A stretch of 63,620 bases of DNA, filler included, from Nemertoderma westbladi (GCA_032718475.1; 4 parts of 4 records of this genome joined end to end with filler, not necessarily neighbours in it), one strand, 5' to 3'. Shown: positions 1 to 12,806, counted from the first letter of the whole stretch. Translations and numbers: made by a program. Notes: generated by a model from the sequence alone, not told the origin.

Positions 1-170
1 AGCTTTTATGTTTACATATTGTGAAATGCTTTTAAATATGAATTTAAAGTGAATGAATATCAATATTAAATACTACCAATAAAACGACTTCATTATTACC
101 CAACCATTTTGCGAAATACAATAAGCAATCTGTCTTATTAGTCTGGCTCCTCTTACACTGCGTGTCCTAT

Positions 171-854
171 TACGGAAGCCCATAAGGGTCACCCTTTCGC
201 GTGTGCGTGTGCATTCCTAAAAAATTGCTAAAGCTGTCTATGTGAGTGTTTACCTCTGTGTGTGAGTGTATAGCTCTGTGTGTGAGTGTTTACCTCTGTG
301 TGTAGTGTATACCTCTGTGTGTGAGTGTATACCTCTGTGTGTGAGTGTATACCTCTGTGTGTGAGTGTATACCTCTGTGTGTGAGTGTATAGGCCCATAA
401 GGGTCACCCTTTACGTGCGTGCACACAAATGACATTTGATTATTGGAGGGTAATTTAAATATCTTGTTTTTACCTACTACTGAATTAACTGTACCGGTAC
501 CTACTGCAGTACTGACTTATTGGATATTACTGTATTACACTAATACTATTACACTAATACAGACTAATACTGCAGTACCTGAGTCCTGTATGGAATCCAA
601 TAGGTCAGTCTGTCAGTAGGTATCAGTACTGCAGTAGGTACCGGTACAGTTAATTCACTATCAGTACAGCAATACGAAGGCCCTGGTAGTAGGTAAAAAC
701 AAGATAGGCCTATTTAAATTACCCTCCAATAATCAAATTTCATTTGTTTGCACGCACGTAAAGGGTGACCCTTATGGGCCTATGTATACACTCACACACA
801 GAGGTATACACTCACACACAGAGGTATACACTCACACACAGAGGTATACACTCA

Positions 855-905
<51 letters not shown>

Positions 906-1064
906 CCACACACACACAGAGGTATACACTCACACACAGAGCTATACACTCACACACAGAGGTATACACTCACACACAGAGGTAAACACTCACACAGACA
1001 GCTTTAGCCATTTTTTAGGAAAGAACACGCACACGCGAAAGGGTGACCCTTATGGGCTTCCGTA
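171..1064. mobile_element. Non-autonomous TIR DNA transposon (IS3EU-like MITE) with internal 20-bp tandem repeats
   Basis: Long TIRs TACGGAAGCCCATAAGGGTCACCCTTTCGCGTG...CACGCGAAAGGGTGACCCTTATGGGCTTCCGTA; 6-bp TSD TCCTAT (165-170, 1065-1070). TAYGG termini with a 6-bp TSD match IS3EU. Confidence 0.8.
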
Positions 1065-1160
1065 TCCTATAGATGTATTAACCCATATTGCTAGAATAAT
1101 ATAGTGGTCAGGCAATAAATAGTAAGCACGCCATGGATGGAGTGAGGGAGCAAGCTGGAA

Positions 1161-2160
1161 GTATAGTGTGGAGTATAGTGAGTATAGTATAGTATAGTGT
1201 GGAGTATAGTGTGGAGTATAGTGTGGAGTATAGTGAGTATAGTATAGTATAGTGTGGAGTATAGTGTGGAGTATAGTGAGTAAAGTATAGTATAGTGTGG
1301 AGTATAGTGTGGAGTATAGTGAGTAAAGTATAGTATAGTGGGGAGCATAGTGTTGAGTATAGTGAGTATAGTATAGTATAGTGTGGAGTATAGTGTGGAG
1401 TATAGTGAGTATAGTATAGTATAGTGTGGAGTATAGTGTGGAGTATAGTGTGGAGTATAGTGAGTATAGTATAGTATAGTGTGGAGTATAGTGTGGAGTA
1501 TAGTGAGTAAAGTATAGTATAGTGGGGAGCATAGTGTTGAGTATAGTGAGTATAGTATAGTATAGTGTGGAGTATAGTGTGGAGTATAGTGAGTATAGTA
1601 TAGTATAGTGTGGAGTATAGTGTGGAGTATAGTGAGTATAGTATAGCATAGTGCGGAGTATAGTGTGGAGTATTGTGAGTAAAGTATAGTATAGTGTGGA
1701 GTATAGTGTGGAGTATAGTGTGGAGTATAGTGAGTATAGTATAGTATAGTGTGGAGTATAGTGTGCAGTATAGTGAGTATAGTATAGTATAGTGTGGAGT
1801 ATAGTGTGGAGTATAGTGAGTAAAGTATAGTATAGTGTGGAGTATAGTGTGGAGTATAGTGTGGAGTATAGTGAGTATAGTATAGTATAGTGTTGAGTAT
1901 AGTGTGGAGTATAGTGAGTATAGTATAGTATAGTGTGGAGTATAGTGTGGAGTATAGTGAGTATAGTATAGTATAGTATAGTGTGGAGTATAGTGTGGAG
2001 TATAGTGAGTATAGTATAGTATAGTGTGGAGTATAGTGTGGAGTATAGTGAGTATAGTATAGTATAGTGTGGAGTATAGTGTGGAGTATAGTGTGGAGTA
2101 TAGTGAGTATAGTATAGTATAGTGTGGAGTATAGTGTGGAGTATAGTGAGTATAGTATAG
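1161..2160. repeat. Compound satellite of GTATAGTGTGGA / GTATAGTGA / GTATA units
   Basis: About 1 kb of mixed 12-, 9- and 5-nt units; the same repeat resumes at 17005-17191 and 17494-17687. Confidence 0.95.
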
Positions 2161-3168
2161 TGTTCGCGGTATTTCAACTTTTCATAACGCGAGTTGAATA
2201 TTTTTCTGATTTATTTAAAATGAATATTCCAATATCAATACCGGGTGCGGGAACATGGAATTTGGGTATATTCAATGGACTGGGGGCGATTTACGGGCGA
2301 ATATTGGGGCGACTTACGGGGCACGGGACTCATATCAGATATTTAAGGGCCAAGGGTGGGAAGCAAAATCAAGCAGTACTCAGGTTTACCTGATTCTATT
2401 AGGCCTAGCCAACTTCCTGCTGCCTGTAGATGTGGATTTGGTAACTCGCTAGGCCTAGGGACAAGGACTGCCCTTAGCGGTCCCTGGCCAACAGCAGTTA
2501 TTACGAGCCTGAATAAGGACTCGGAAAGTCTGCTGATTGTGTCAGGGATTTGCGACGGGAACCGACAGACAGATCCTTAGCGGTCCCTGGTCACCGGCAG
2601 TTATTACGAGCCTGAATAAGGACTCGGAAAGCTTGCCGACTGCACCGGGGACTTGCGACGGATCGACCGACTAACGGAGGAAGGGTTCGACGAGGACTGC
2701 CTTCCTGGAGTGGGTTCCTCGACCGGCGTTAGTACGAGCCTGAATAAGGACTCGGAAAGCTACCGACAGTTGGGACTCACAACGGGCTGACAGACCCCTT
2801 GCCAAGCCGTACCGCTTTCCTGATGACCGATCCCTTCGGGGTTCGGGAAGGGTGGGACGGACACGCAATGGGGTCGAAAGACAAAGGACCGGACTCTACT
2901 GGCCTACCGACTATTCGGAGCAGCTTCTCGGCTACCGAAGCGACTACGAGCCTGAAAGGGACTCGGAAAGCTTAGGTGGTTGGGACCCTGCGATGAACCG
3001 ACAGACCCCTAGCCAAGCCGTACCGCTTTCCTGATGACCGATCCCTTCGGGGTTTGGGAAGGGTGGGACAGACACGCAACAGGGTCGACCGACACCGACA
3101 CTACGGTACCGGGACTAGGACCGAGGGAAAATGGGGAACATTAGTTAGGTTAAAATCTAAAGCGAACA
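2161..3168 (+). repeat. 5' LTR of element A
   Basis: Matches 15940 onward. The 3' end is inferred from the terminal inverted repeat TGTTCGC...GCGAACA and cannot be confirmed because the 3' LTR is truncated. TATA-like TATTTAA near 2340. Confidence 0.75.
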
Positions 3169-3667
3169 GTGGGCAATTAATTAATGTACTGTAGGAATTC
3201 ATATTGTCGTATATTACTGTGAATATTTGGTGTATATTGGTGTGGGGAAGCCCAACTTATTCTCAATCAAGATTCAACTGTAGGGAAGTTACATTAAAAG
3301 ATTATATCCAACCAATGCAACTTTTTCTCAATTGCAATCTTGCATCTCAGAAAGTATTCCTTCTCCACTCCCAATATCCGGTGACTGGCCGGAATCCCAT
3401 GGTAAGAAAATTCCGCCTCCAGCATCGGCATTTTTCCCCATGGTGTCGGGAATAATGGCAACAAAATTGAGAATAAGACGCGGCCAACTTCAACTGGTGG
3501 AAGTTGGGAATTCTACAGTACTCTTCAAACTCTCTCCGTTCTTACCCAGCACCCACTACGAGGAAACTCTGGTATTTGATTTAAGACAAAGCTGTGGTTG
3601 AATCAACTTATAAACTCAATCAAAACTCGTAGTCGGCAGATCATTAATAGAGAGTCGTTAACAGGGA

Positions 3668-3859
3668 ATGGAAGTATCGATCACACCTATTGATATAATC
3701 CAAGTTGAGCCAGGAATCTGGCACATTGAAGTCGAAGTACAAGGAACGAACGTGGGACGATTCAGGATTACCGTTTGGGTAGTCCAGGCTGAATACGAAA
3801 CCTACGACGAACTATTTTACGATATCGCATATCTAGTAATCAAAGAGGCGCTAGAATGA
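3668..3859 (+). CDS. Small upstream ORF (63 aa) whose stop overlaps the gag start
   Basis: ATGA overlap at 3856-3859; protein-like composition; no recognisable family. Confidence 0.35.
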   Translation: MEVSITPIDIIQVEPGIWHIEVEVQGTNVGRFRITVWVVQAEYETYDELFYDIAYLVIKEALE

Positions 3860-6800
3860 CTACGAATAACGTCTCCGACACCGATGAAATGGAGCCCCAC
3901 ACAGACTCGGAAACCGACGAGGTTCCAAACATAAAGAACATGGCCCGTCGACTGGGCACTCTCAAAGGCGGAGTGACTCGAGCATATCACTGCATCGAGA
4001 AACAACTAAAGGGATTCGAGACCCCCCTCAGCGACATACAGACTCAACTACAAAAAATCCGAAGTATCCTACAACGATATGAACGGATGATACAGGCATA
4101 TCAGGAACTCGTACCCGCAACCGACCTGGAAAACTACCCCAGACTGGAAGAACACGTTGCACATCTAGCAGAGTTCCGCAAGCAACATCGGAGGACCCTC
4201 AGCCTTGTAAGAAGCTATGAGGAACAGTATTACAAAAGAACCGAAAGGACGGACGCGGAATCAGTACGGACCTCCGGCACCAGGACCGTGGTTCAGCGAA
4301 AGAGAACTGGGTCCTCAAGGCACCAGCACTCCAGCGCTAGGAGCGAGATATCTGGTTCAGCGCGCAGTTCTCAAGGGGGTCAACCACTCCGAGATCAGCT
4401 ACGAGAACAGAGGGCATTGGCCCTTAAAGCTCGAATGGAAGACGAATATGTAAAACTGCAGATTGAACAGGATGTATTAGCTGAGGAGAGGCATAAACAG
4501 GGGGCCGAAATACAGGCTGAGATACGGAAAGTAGAGGCCGAACAACAGGCCGAGATACAGAAACAAGAGGCTGAAAGACAAAAACAAGAGGCCGAAATGC
4601 GTAAGATACGGAAACAAGAGGCCGAAATGCGTAAACGAAGTGCCGAGGCCCAAGCGATTCTTGTTCACAAAAAGAATGCGGACATTGCTAAACTCACAGA
4701 CTACAACGCCGCACTCATAGAACGGAACCTCCAAATATACGAGGACTGGGAAAGGGGTATAGAACAGGACTATGAACCAATCCCAGTCCCGGAATTAGAA
4801 AAGTCATTTACGCCACTGGCTGCGAAACCTCCGAAACCCGAGTTCCCGCCAACCATACAGTCTACGTTATCGGCACAAGCACAGGTATTCAATCCCCCAC
4901 CGGTTACGCTTAAGAATGAGGAACCTTATTTCCCATCCAATCCTACGGCACCGAGCGTTCCCCAGTACGAGCCTGAAAAGGACTCGGAACGGGACGCCAC
5001 CCCTCGATCCAATAATCCATTCAAGTCCACACCAAAAATCTGTAACTGTGTCATCATTAAAACTCCACCTCTCATCGATCCATCATGTATGGGAGAGAGT
5101 GATAGTAATTACAATCCTCCTAGTCATTCCAGTTCGGACGACGTCGGCATCATCCGAGCCTTGGAGAACCGCCTGGCTATGCCCAAGATGGAGATCTGCA
5201 CCTTCGAGGGAGACACCGTCGATTACCTTGGATTTAAGAAACGGTTCTTTGCTCAGATCGGATGAACAGACATAACTGACGCGCAAAAACTGGTATATTT
5301 ATCTCAATACCTGGGTGACAAACCACGCCGAATCGTTAAATGTTTCGAGGGAGGATCTCACGAAGCGTACCACGACGCGTGGAAAACTCTAGATAAAAGA
5401 TATGGTAACATCGGAACTATCATCAATAAGACGCTTGAAAAACTGATACAGGACGCTGGATCCCTAGGGGACCCACAGAATATCCAAGAGTTTTTGGACT
5501 CAATGAAAGACGCTTACTACACTTTAAAACCATTAAACAATGAGGAACAGGTAAACAACATCCTAAACCTCCGACAGATTGCCCGGAAGTTCCCTGGATG
5601 GTTGCAAAGCAAATGGGCGTATAAATGTGTCGATCTCCGACGCCGACACCCGGATCGGGATCCTAGTTTCCTCGAAATGTCGGCATTCCTAGATGACATC
5701 TCTGAAGCCATGAACGATTTGATGTTCTCCAAACAAAGTCTCTCCAAGTTAGATGGAATAGAGAACAACGCTAGGAGCAGGGCACCCACTCCAAAACCGA
5801 GATTCCGCCCCCCTCCGGTGAGTACGATGGCCATCACCATGGCAGAGGATTCCGATGACGAGGACTATGAGGAACCGACATCAGCCGAGGAATGGGCATG
5901 TTATTTAGCGAATTGGGCACCCAAAAGGGAAGGCACCACAACCTCCCTTCTATGTCTCTTCTGCGGGGAGAAACATAAGGTGTAATTCTGCAGAAAGTTC
6001 CAGTTTGCTGAACTCGTTCCGTGCTTCGAAGCAATAATGAAACACCGAGGATGCTTGTTCGCGCTTTTAGACCTTTAGCAGTTTAACCTGCCAAATTTAA
6101 ATGTCTTCTAGATTATAAATCGACTTTAGCCTATGACGAGTATTTGTTACACTACATTAGCCGAAGCCAGTCTATGCGCGACCATTCACCCGCTGGATAT
6201 ACCCGGGAGACTGGATTCGGAGACTTGAATTGCGGCGTAGGCCTACTGTATTATTCGACTGATCGTTAAGATATAATTTCTGACCAATATTATTCACTTT
6301 CGGGAAATATTAACAGTTCCTTTAGGACGTGGCGCTCTAAATATGTAAACAGAGTTATGACTTACACTAGACACAACGGGATGGCTATGGATTCATGTAT
6401 ATAGTGCATTCTTTAGGAGATGCTTTGTTATCAATCACAATCATGCACACTACTGCACAATGCTGCACACCAATCTGCCGACCTTCACTAATTTAGTCAC
6501 ATATAAAGAGAACAACGACCGATACATGTAGTGCCTATGAAATAGCATTAGATTCACTTCAAAACCACTTTAATGTAAGTCGCAATCGTTATATGTAACC
6601 GGTCTCTCTTACCTTCAGTATATCAAGAAGATTGAGGGTTTTATGATTAATTTATCGATATTATCCAATATAATAATATTCCATCAACTGATATAATGAA
6701 TAACCGACAGTAAATAGCAGTAAAAATGCGGTGTTTGTAGTTGACAATATGATTAGGTGAGTAGGATGGGTAGGCATGAATTGGTATGATAACAGATATA

Positions 6801-7335
6801 CGTTTCGATGATCAAGCCTGCTAATGTTTTGCTAAAGCCTGAAAACACAGAGGTTCCAAAGCCGGTCTTCTGGCTGTGGACAAAATACACATACTGACTC
6901 AACTGCACGAGTTTCTGTATACAATCTCCAACACAGAGTCAAAAAACGCTCTGATTGGTCGACCGAACAAAGAAAGAACAGAGAACAAAGGAAAAGCTCC
7001 ACGTGTACAGATCAGCTGTTAGCCGTCGTCATAGTAACTACACTGTGTCAAGAGGATTTAGCGTATTGCGACATAAAATTGCTAGTTATGTCCGCTAAAG
7101 TACACATACAGAAGAAATGGCTTTTTATGTCCACTAAAACACCAGTACAGTAATGAAACGGCTTTTTATGCCCGTTAAACCAACTACAGAGTACTTTGCG
7201 GGGAAAATAACCAGCCAATTCCGCAAAAGCTTTTACAATGCTTCCGGTGTCTCGGAACAGGTCACTACGTCCAGGATTAGTGCTGCGCGGTCTGTAACCA
7301 CCTACAACATCATACACTCCTCCACATTCCTGCAA
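3856..7335 (+). pseudogene. gag: BEL/Pao gag (coiled coil, DUF1759-like region, Cys-His knuckles), interrupted by stops and a solo LTR
   Basis: MEICTFEGDTVDYLGFKKRF...QKLVYLSQYLGDKP; CLFCGEKH; GC|FRCLGTGH knuckle split by the 6056-7237 insertion; HHTLLH near 7310-7330. Confidence 0.9.
6056..7237 (-). mobile_element. Solo LTR, family B, nested in element A gag
   Basis: TGT...ACA termini; 5-bp TSD ATGCT (6051-6055, 7238-7242); homologous to copies at 21588, 32902, 58289 and 62465. Confidence 0.9.
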
Positions 7336-7469
7336 ATTTCGATTTCACCACCCTACCGTTCCGGATCGAATCCAAACGAAGAGGAGAAACGAATCACGTC
7401 TCCAAGGGTACCCGGACGATTCAGCGGAGGGATACCAATCCGTTTAAGACCACCGCCGATGTATCACAT

Positions 7470-10400
7470 GTGACCAGTATATCAGCTACAGTCAATTTAA
7501 TAAACCGCCGTTATATGGTCTTCGCCAAAGTGATCCCAGTAAGAATCCAAGGGGTCGGAAAATCCTTAACAACACTCGCGTTCCTCGACAATGGGTCGGA
7601 TGGAACCATCATCGACCGGGATTTCCTCGAACAACTAGGCCTAGACTACGAACCTTGCAAGCGGCCCATACAGACGATAACCAACCATAAAGAAGTGGAA
7701 TCCGGGGAGGTACAACTCAGGATGGAAGGAGTTATGAAGGGTTACGAGACGGTCAAACTGACGATAAAAAACGCTCTGGTACACACCGATCTCCAAGTGC
7801 GGTTCGACAATCATCTGAATACGCACCCCTCATTCAGTTAGACCAGGAAGATGTGGATCTATGATGCCCACCATTGGACGTGAACAGAATTACACTATTA
7901 ATCGGACTCGATACACCGGAATTACATATACCAACCGGAGACATCGCCCGATCCGTAAAGCCGGATGACGGTTTTTATGCGGACACTTCGCGGCATCAAA
8001 GAGGAGACTACCGACACATATATATATCTTCTTAAATGCCAGATCAAAGAGAACGCAACATCTGTGGGTTACTGTTCAGCAACCGACCTGGACGAGGATT
8101 TATTCCTGGAAACCGAAAAAACCCAGCAGGAGATGACAAAGTATTTCAACTTAGAGACTCAAGAGTTTGCTGAGAAGGACAAGAACCCGTCCGAGGAAGA
8201 TCAATATTGTATTGACGTTCTCGACCAGGCAACGTTCAAAGATGGACATTGGTGTTCGCCCATGCTTTGGAAGGACCCAGATAGACCGATGGCGAATAAT
8301 GCCAGCATGGCCCTTAGGAGACTCAAGGGTATCTTACGCCAGTTAAACAGGCTACCCGAGATAAAGGAGAAATACAATAATGTGATTAAAGGATATTTAG
8401 AAGATGGATTGGCGGAAATGGTGCCCCGGAATGAACTACAGGGGACTAAATGGACGTATTACCTCCCAACCCACTACGTGGTGGAAGCCCGGAAGGGCGG
8501 TAAAATCCGGGTATTAAATGATGCTGCGGCTATGTATCAGGGCGAATTCTTGAACAGCCAACTTTACACCGGGCCCAACATCTACAGTACACTTATCGGC
8601 GTATTGATCAGGTTCAGAGAAAACAAAATAGCCTTCACAAGCGACATCAAAGCGATGTTCCACCAGGTCCAAACGCTACCAAGAGACTCAGATTGCCTAC
8701 GTATATTGTGGACAGATAAAACATTAACATTAAATTAAAACATTAAATTGAAGGATGTGGACGTAATGCGAATGATTGTCAGAATCTTCGGCGCTAAGGA
8801 CTCGCCGGTGGCATGTATCGACATGTTGAAGAAAACAGCGACTATGTGCGAAAATGAGTTCCCTCCGACAGTCATAGAGACCATCCGACGATGTTTCTAC
8901 GTAGACGACGGATGCGCTGGCGCCGACAATGTCGACGAGGCATATCAGCTGGCTAGGGAATGGTGGAATGTTTAAAGAGAGGCGGTTTTCCTCTCGTAAA
9001 GTTTAGATCCCATGATAAGGAACTTATGGAAAGGTTCCCGGAAGAAATCAGGCTAGACGACAACAAAATGTATTCCGAGGGTGTGGATCACCGTGTACTC
9101 GGTATCGAATGGGATATAGAATTGGACCAGTTCATCTTCAAATATAATCCCCTACCCAAACCAATGACTAAGAGGGGATGTTTATCTGTAAAGAGCGCCA
9201 TATTTGATCCATTAAACTTCATATCCCCGGTAACATTGGCGGGAATGAATCTGATCAAAGAGATGTGGATAGAAGGACTGGGATGGGATGAGGAACTCCC
9301 CCCACACCTCAGTGCCAAATGGAGAAAGTGGACGGAACAACTCGAACATCTACATCATATGCGGATCCCTCGACCGTTCTTCCTCGATAAACTACCCACC
9401 GATATATTCCAGCTCCATACTTTCTCGGATGCATCAAATACCGGAATCGGCGTAGTTACCTTCCTAAGAAGATTAAGCCAGGATGGAAACGGTGATACGA
9501 GCTTCTTATTCTCTAAGGCTAAGACGGTATCCGGGGAATTCGTAGCAACAATCCCTAGACTCGAGCTGCAGGCCGCAGTCTGGGCAGTGAGGCAGAACTG
9601 CATGATCATGCGGAACTTAAGAATCCCCATCGAATCGCAGCATTTCTGGGTTGATTCGAGTATCGTGCTTTACTACCTCCACTCACCATCACGGCGACAC
9701 ACCACGTTCGTAGCGAACCGAGCCACGGAAATAAAACAGTGTACCGGCCAAGAACAGTGGCACCACGTAAACGGGAAAGAAAACCCGGCGGACTTATCGA
9801 GCAGAGGCGCCACCCCATGACAGCTCGGTAAGAGTAAACTTTGGCTCACAGGCCCGGAATTCTTACAGCAGCCACAACTTACCTGGAGCACCCGATTCGA
9901 TCCCGAACTAGATAGCGGGAAATATTCAGAAGATGATAAGGAGATTCGTAAAGTCCATGGAAGCACCACCGTGGAAATCTATAGTTGCCTGACCGAGCCT
10001 GCAAAGGATTCGGGCAGGCACTATAATATTGCGACCACTACGCAACCAGCCGCGTCCTTACACCTATTGATATAGCGAACCTCCTCGATGAGACGTCTTA
10101 TCCACCACGTCATGACTCTTCGTAACTTCCTGTGGTGGAGGGATAATACACCGATAGTTCCACGAAGTATACGAGAACTCATTATTGCAGAAAAATGTAT
10201 CGTTAGATATGTCCAGAAAGAAAGTTTCCCCGATGAATGGGAACAGCTCAGTGCGGGCAAGACCTTGAAACCCGACAGTCCAGTCTACCAGTTGAGACCC
10301 ATGATGGGGGAAGATGGACTGATCCGACTAAATACCCGGATGGCAAACGCCCCGGTCGAATATGAAGTCAATTACCCAGTGCTTCTGCCCGGAACGTCAA

Positions 10401-11599
10401 TACTAGCCAAGCTATTAATTCAACAGTGCCACGAGGAAAACCATCACGCGGGCCAGAACTGGATTATGGCTAACATCCGGCAAAGATATTGGATCACCCA
10501 CATCCAGCCACTAATCCAGAAAGTCTTAAAACGTTGCTTCCCTTGCAGACGATATCTAGCGCCACCGCTCACCCAAAGAATGGCCGACCTACCGGCTACA
10601 CAGCTGCAGTCCGATTCACCGCCGTTCTATGTAACCGGAGTAGACTGTTTCGGACCATTTACAGTCATCGAGCGACGATCCAACATCAAATGCTGGGGAG
10701 CCATCTTCACATGCCTTAGGTCAAGGGCAATTTACCTAGACCTCGTAGTAAACCTCACGCAGCACGCCTTTATCAACGCTCTGCGTCGGTTCGTAGCAAA
10801 CAATGGATCATGCCGGCATATGTACTCCGATAATGGAACGAACTTCGTGGGAGGAGAACGGGAACTCAGAGAGGCTATCGAGGGATGGTTCACCGAAGAT
10901 ACCGCATCCCAAGTCTGGAAGGAACACCATATACAATGGCACTTCCAAACGCCCTTGGCACCCCATACGAGCGGGGTATGGGAGAAACTCATCGACTTGG
11001 TGAAACGATCCATGCGCATCGCATTAGGGGTTACACGGGTAACCCACGACACCCTTCGCACTACATGCACTTCGCACTCACGGCCACCCTGAACAACCGG
11101 CCAATCGTACCTATCCACGATGACCCTACAGATCTGGAGCCTCTTACCCCTAACCATCTACTTGGAAGACCCAAAACCAACATTCTTCCAGAGGCAATGT
11201 TCCCAGATCCCAACGATATCGCGAGACATACCAATTGGAAAAAGGCCCAAGTGCTGGCACCGCATTGGTGGAGAATCTGGGCCCAAGAGTACCTCATAAC
11301 CCTCCAGGAGGAAGTGGAATAACACCTACAGGAACGTCGCAGTTGGCGATATGGTGCTGGTTAAGGAAGACCTTAAAGACCGCGTCCACTGGCCTGTGGC
11401 GCGAGTCGTGGAAATAACCCCAAGTAAAGACGGTCTTGCGAGGACTGTGACGATACGGACGGCGAAGGGCCACTACCAACGCCCTATCCAGAAGCTGTGC
11501 CTTCTTGAAGGCAATGACAGTGGTGACTCCAAGAGAGGTGATAAGTTCCCTACTCAGGATCCTGCTGCAGACATTGGTGACAATGCTAAACCCATTTAA
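7470..11599 (+). pseudogene. pol: BEL/Pao pol: aspartic protease, reverse transcriptase, RNase H, integrase
   Basis: AFLDNGSD (PR); DIKAMFHQV and FYVDD (RT); LHTFSDAS, TIPRLELQAA, ENPADLSSRG (RNase H/peptidase A17 region); H-H-C-C, GVDCFGPF, SDNGTNFVG, GVWEKLI, PLTPNHLL (IN). Split over several frames. Confidence 0.95.
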
Positions 11600-11879
11600 A
11601 CCCTTCTCATCCTGTTGACAAACTCTTTTAAATGTGATTTACTGACAATGAATAATGGACCCCCCTTAAACTAACTGTAACCATGCAATAGTATTTGTGT
11701 TTCCTCGTGTGTTATGTGGAGTCCAGCGTCACCCTGCAGATGTTTCGACTGACGCAGGGTAGTTTATGTATTGTTCACCCTGATTTTGGTCATCAGGACC
11801 CACTATATTGGATTATTGGAAATGGTAAAGATTCGAAGTGGAATTCATTGTATCCATTGTGTTGTATTGTGTTGTCTGT

Positions 11880-12300
11880 AGCGTGCGCAGTTCGGGGCGT
11901 AGGCGGTGTAACTAGTCCAGCTGTAGATCCCGGATTACCGCGCAACACCCCCTCTATCCCGTTATTCTGGTGGGTCCATGGTGCATCCACATGACTTCGT
12001 CGATAGAGGTTTTATGTTTCTCAGTCACGTTATTCTGGTGGGACCGTTGCGTGGATTTTGGGGCGTAGGCGGTGTAACTAGTCCAGCTGTAGATCCCAGA
12101 ATGTTGCGTAACCCCATCCCACATGACTTCGTCGGCTGAGCTTTATGTTGTTGGGAGTGTTATTCTGGTGGGTCCCTGGTGCATTCCACGTGACTTCACT
12201 TCCAGCGTCTTCATTGTCCGTTATGTGTGCAGTTTGGGGCGTAGGCGGTGTAACTAGCCCAGCTGTAGATCACAGATTGCCGCGTAACACCCCTTCCACA
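11880..12300 (+). repeat. Three degenerate ~170-bp repeats between pol and the extra ORF
   Basis: Core GGGGCGTAGGCGGTGTAACTAG(T/C)CCAGCTGTAGATC at ~11894, ~12060 and ~12236; GTTATTCTGGTGGG also occurs three times. Confidence 0.85.
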
Positions 12301-12806
12301 ACGAAAATTTCCCAAAGAAGATGGTTGAATGTAGTTGGAAATGATGAAAAGAAACAGACAACCCTACTATAAACTGAATGATGACGCGTATGATGATGAA
12401 AATGTAATGATGCGCACCCTGGTGCTGCACTTAAAACAAATGATGATAGCCGGGGGGCTATAAACCCAATGTAATGGTGGAAATAAATGATGAAATGTGA
12501 TGAAATAATGAAATGTGAAATGAATAATAAATGAGAAATGAAAAAAGACAAAAAAATGTATAAAATGTAGAAAAGAAAAGAATTGGAAAAAGAAGAGGAC
12601 ATAAAAAGTCAAAAACTGGTTGGATATTAATGTATAGCTATAGTAACTGTAAATACTGAATGTAGTAGCAATAAGATGGTAGATGCCTATATAGCAATAA
12701 TAAACTGAATAATAATAAACTGAATTATTCTGCAGGTCACTATAGAATCAGACTTTCTGGATTTATAATTAACTGACGTAAATTTGCAACGGACATAATT
12801 TAAAAT

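Noticed and set aside
250-2177. ORFs of 61-375 aa rich in H/T/Y/L
   Set aside because: They are translations of tandem repeats.
2820-2885. Hammerhead ribozyme suggested by CTGATGA...GAAA in the LTR
   Set aside because: No stem I can form, stem II is followed by GAAG rather than GAAA, and the distal GAAA gives a C-C closing pair; a K-turn fits better.
3441-3458. TGGTGTCGGGAA as a tRNA-Leu-like PBS for element A
   Set aside because: Only a partial resemblance and 270 nt from the inferred LTR end; it cannot be resolved because the 3' LTR is truncated.
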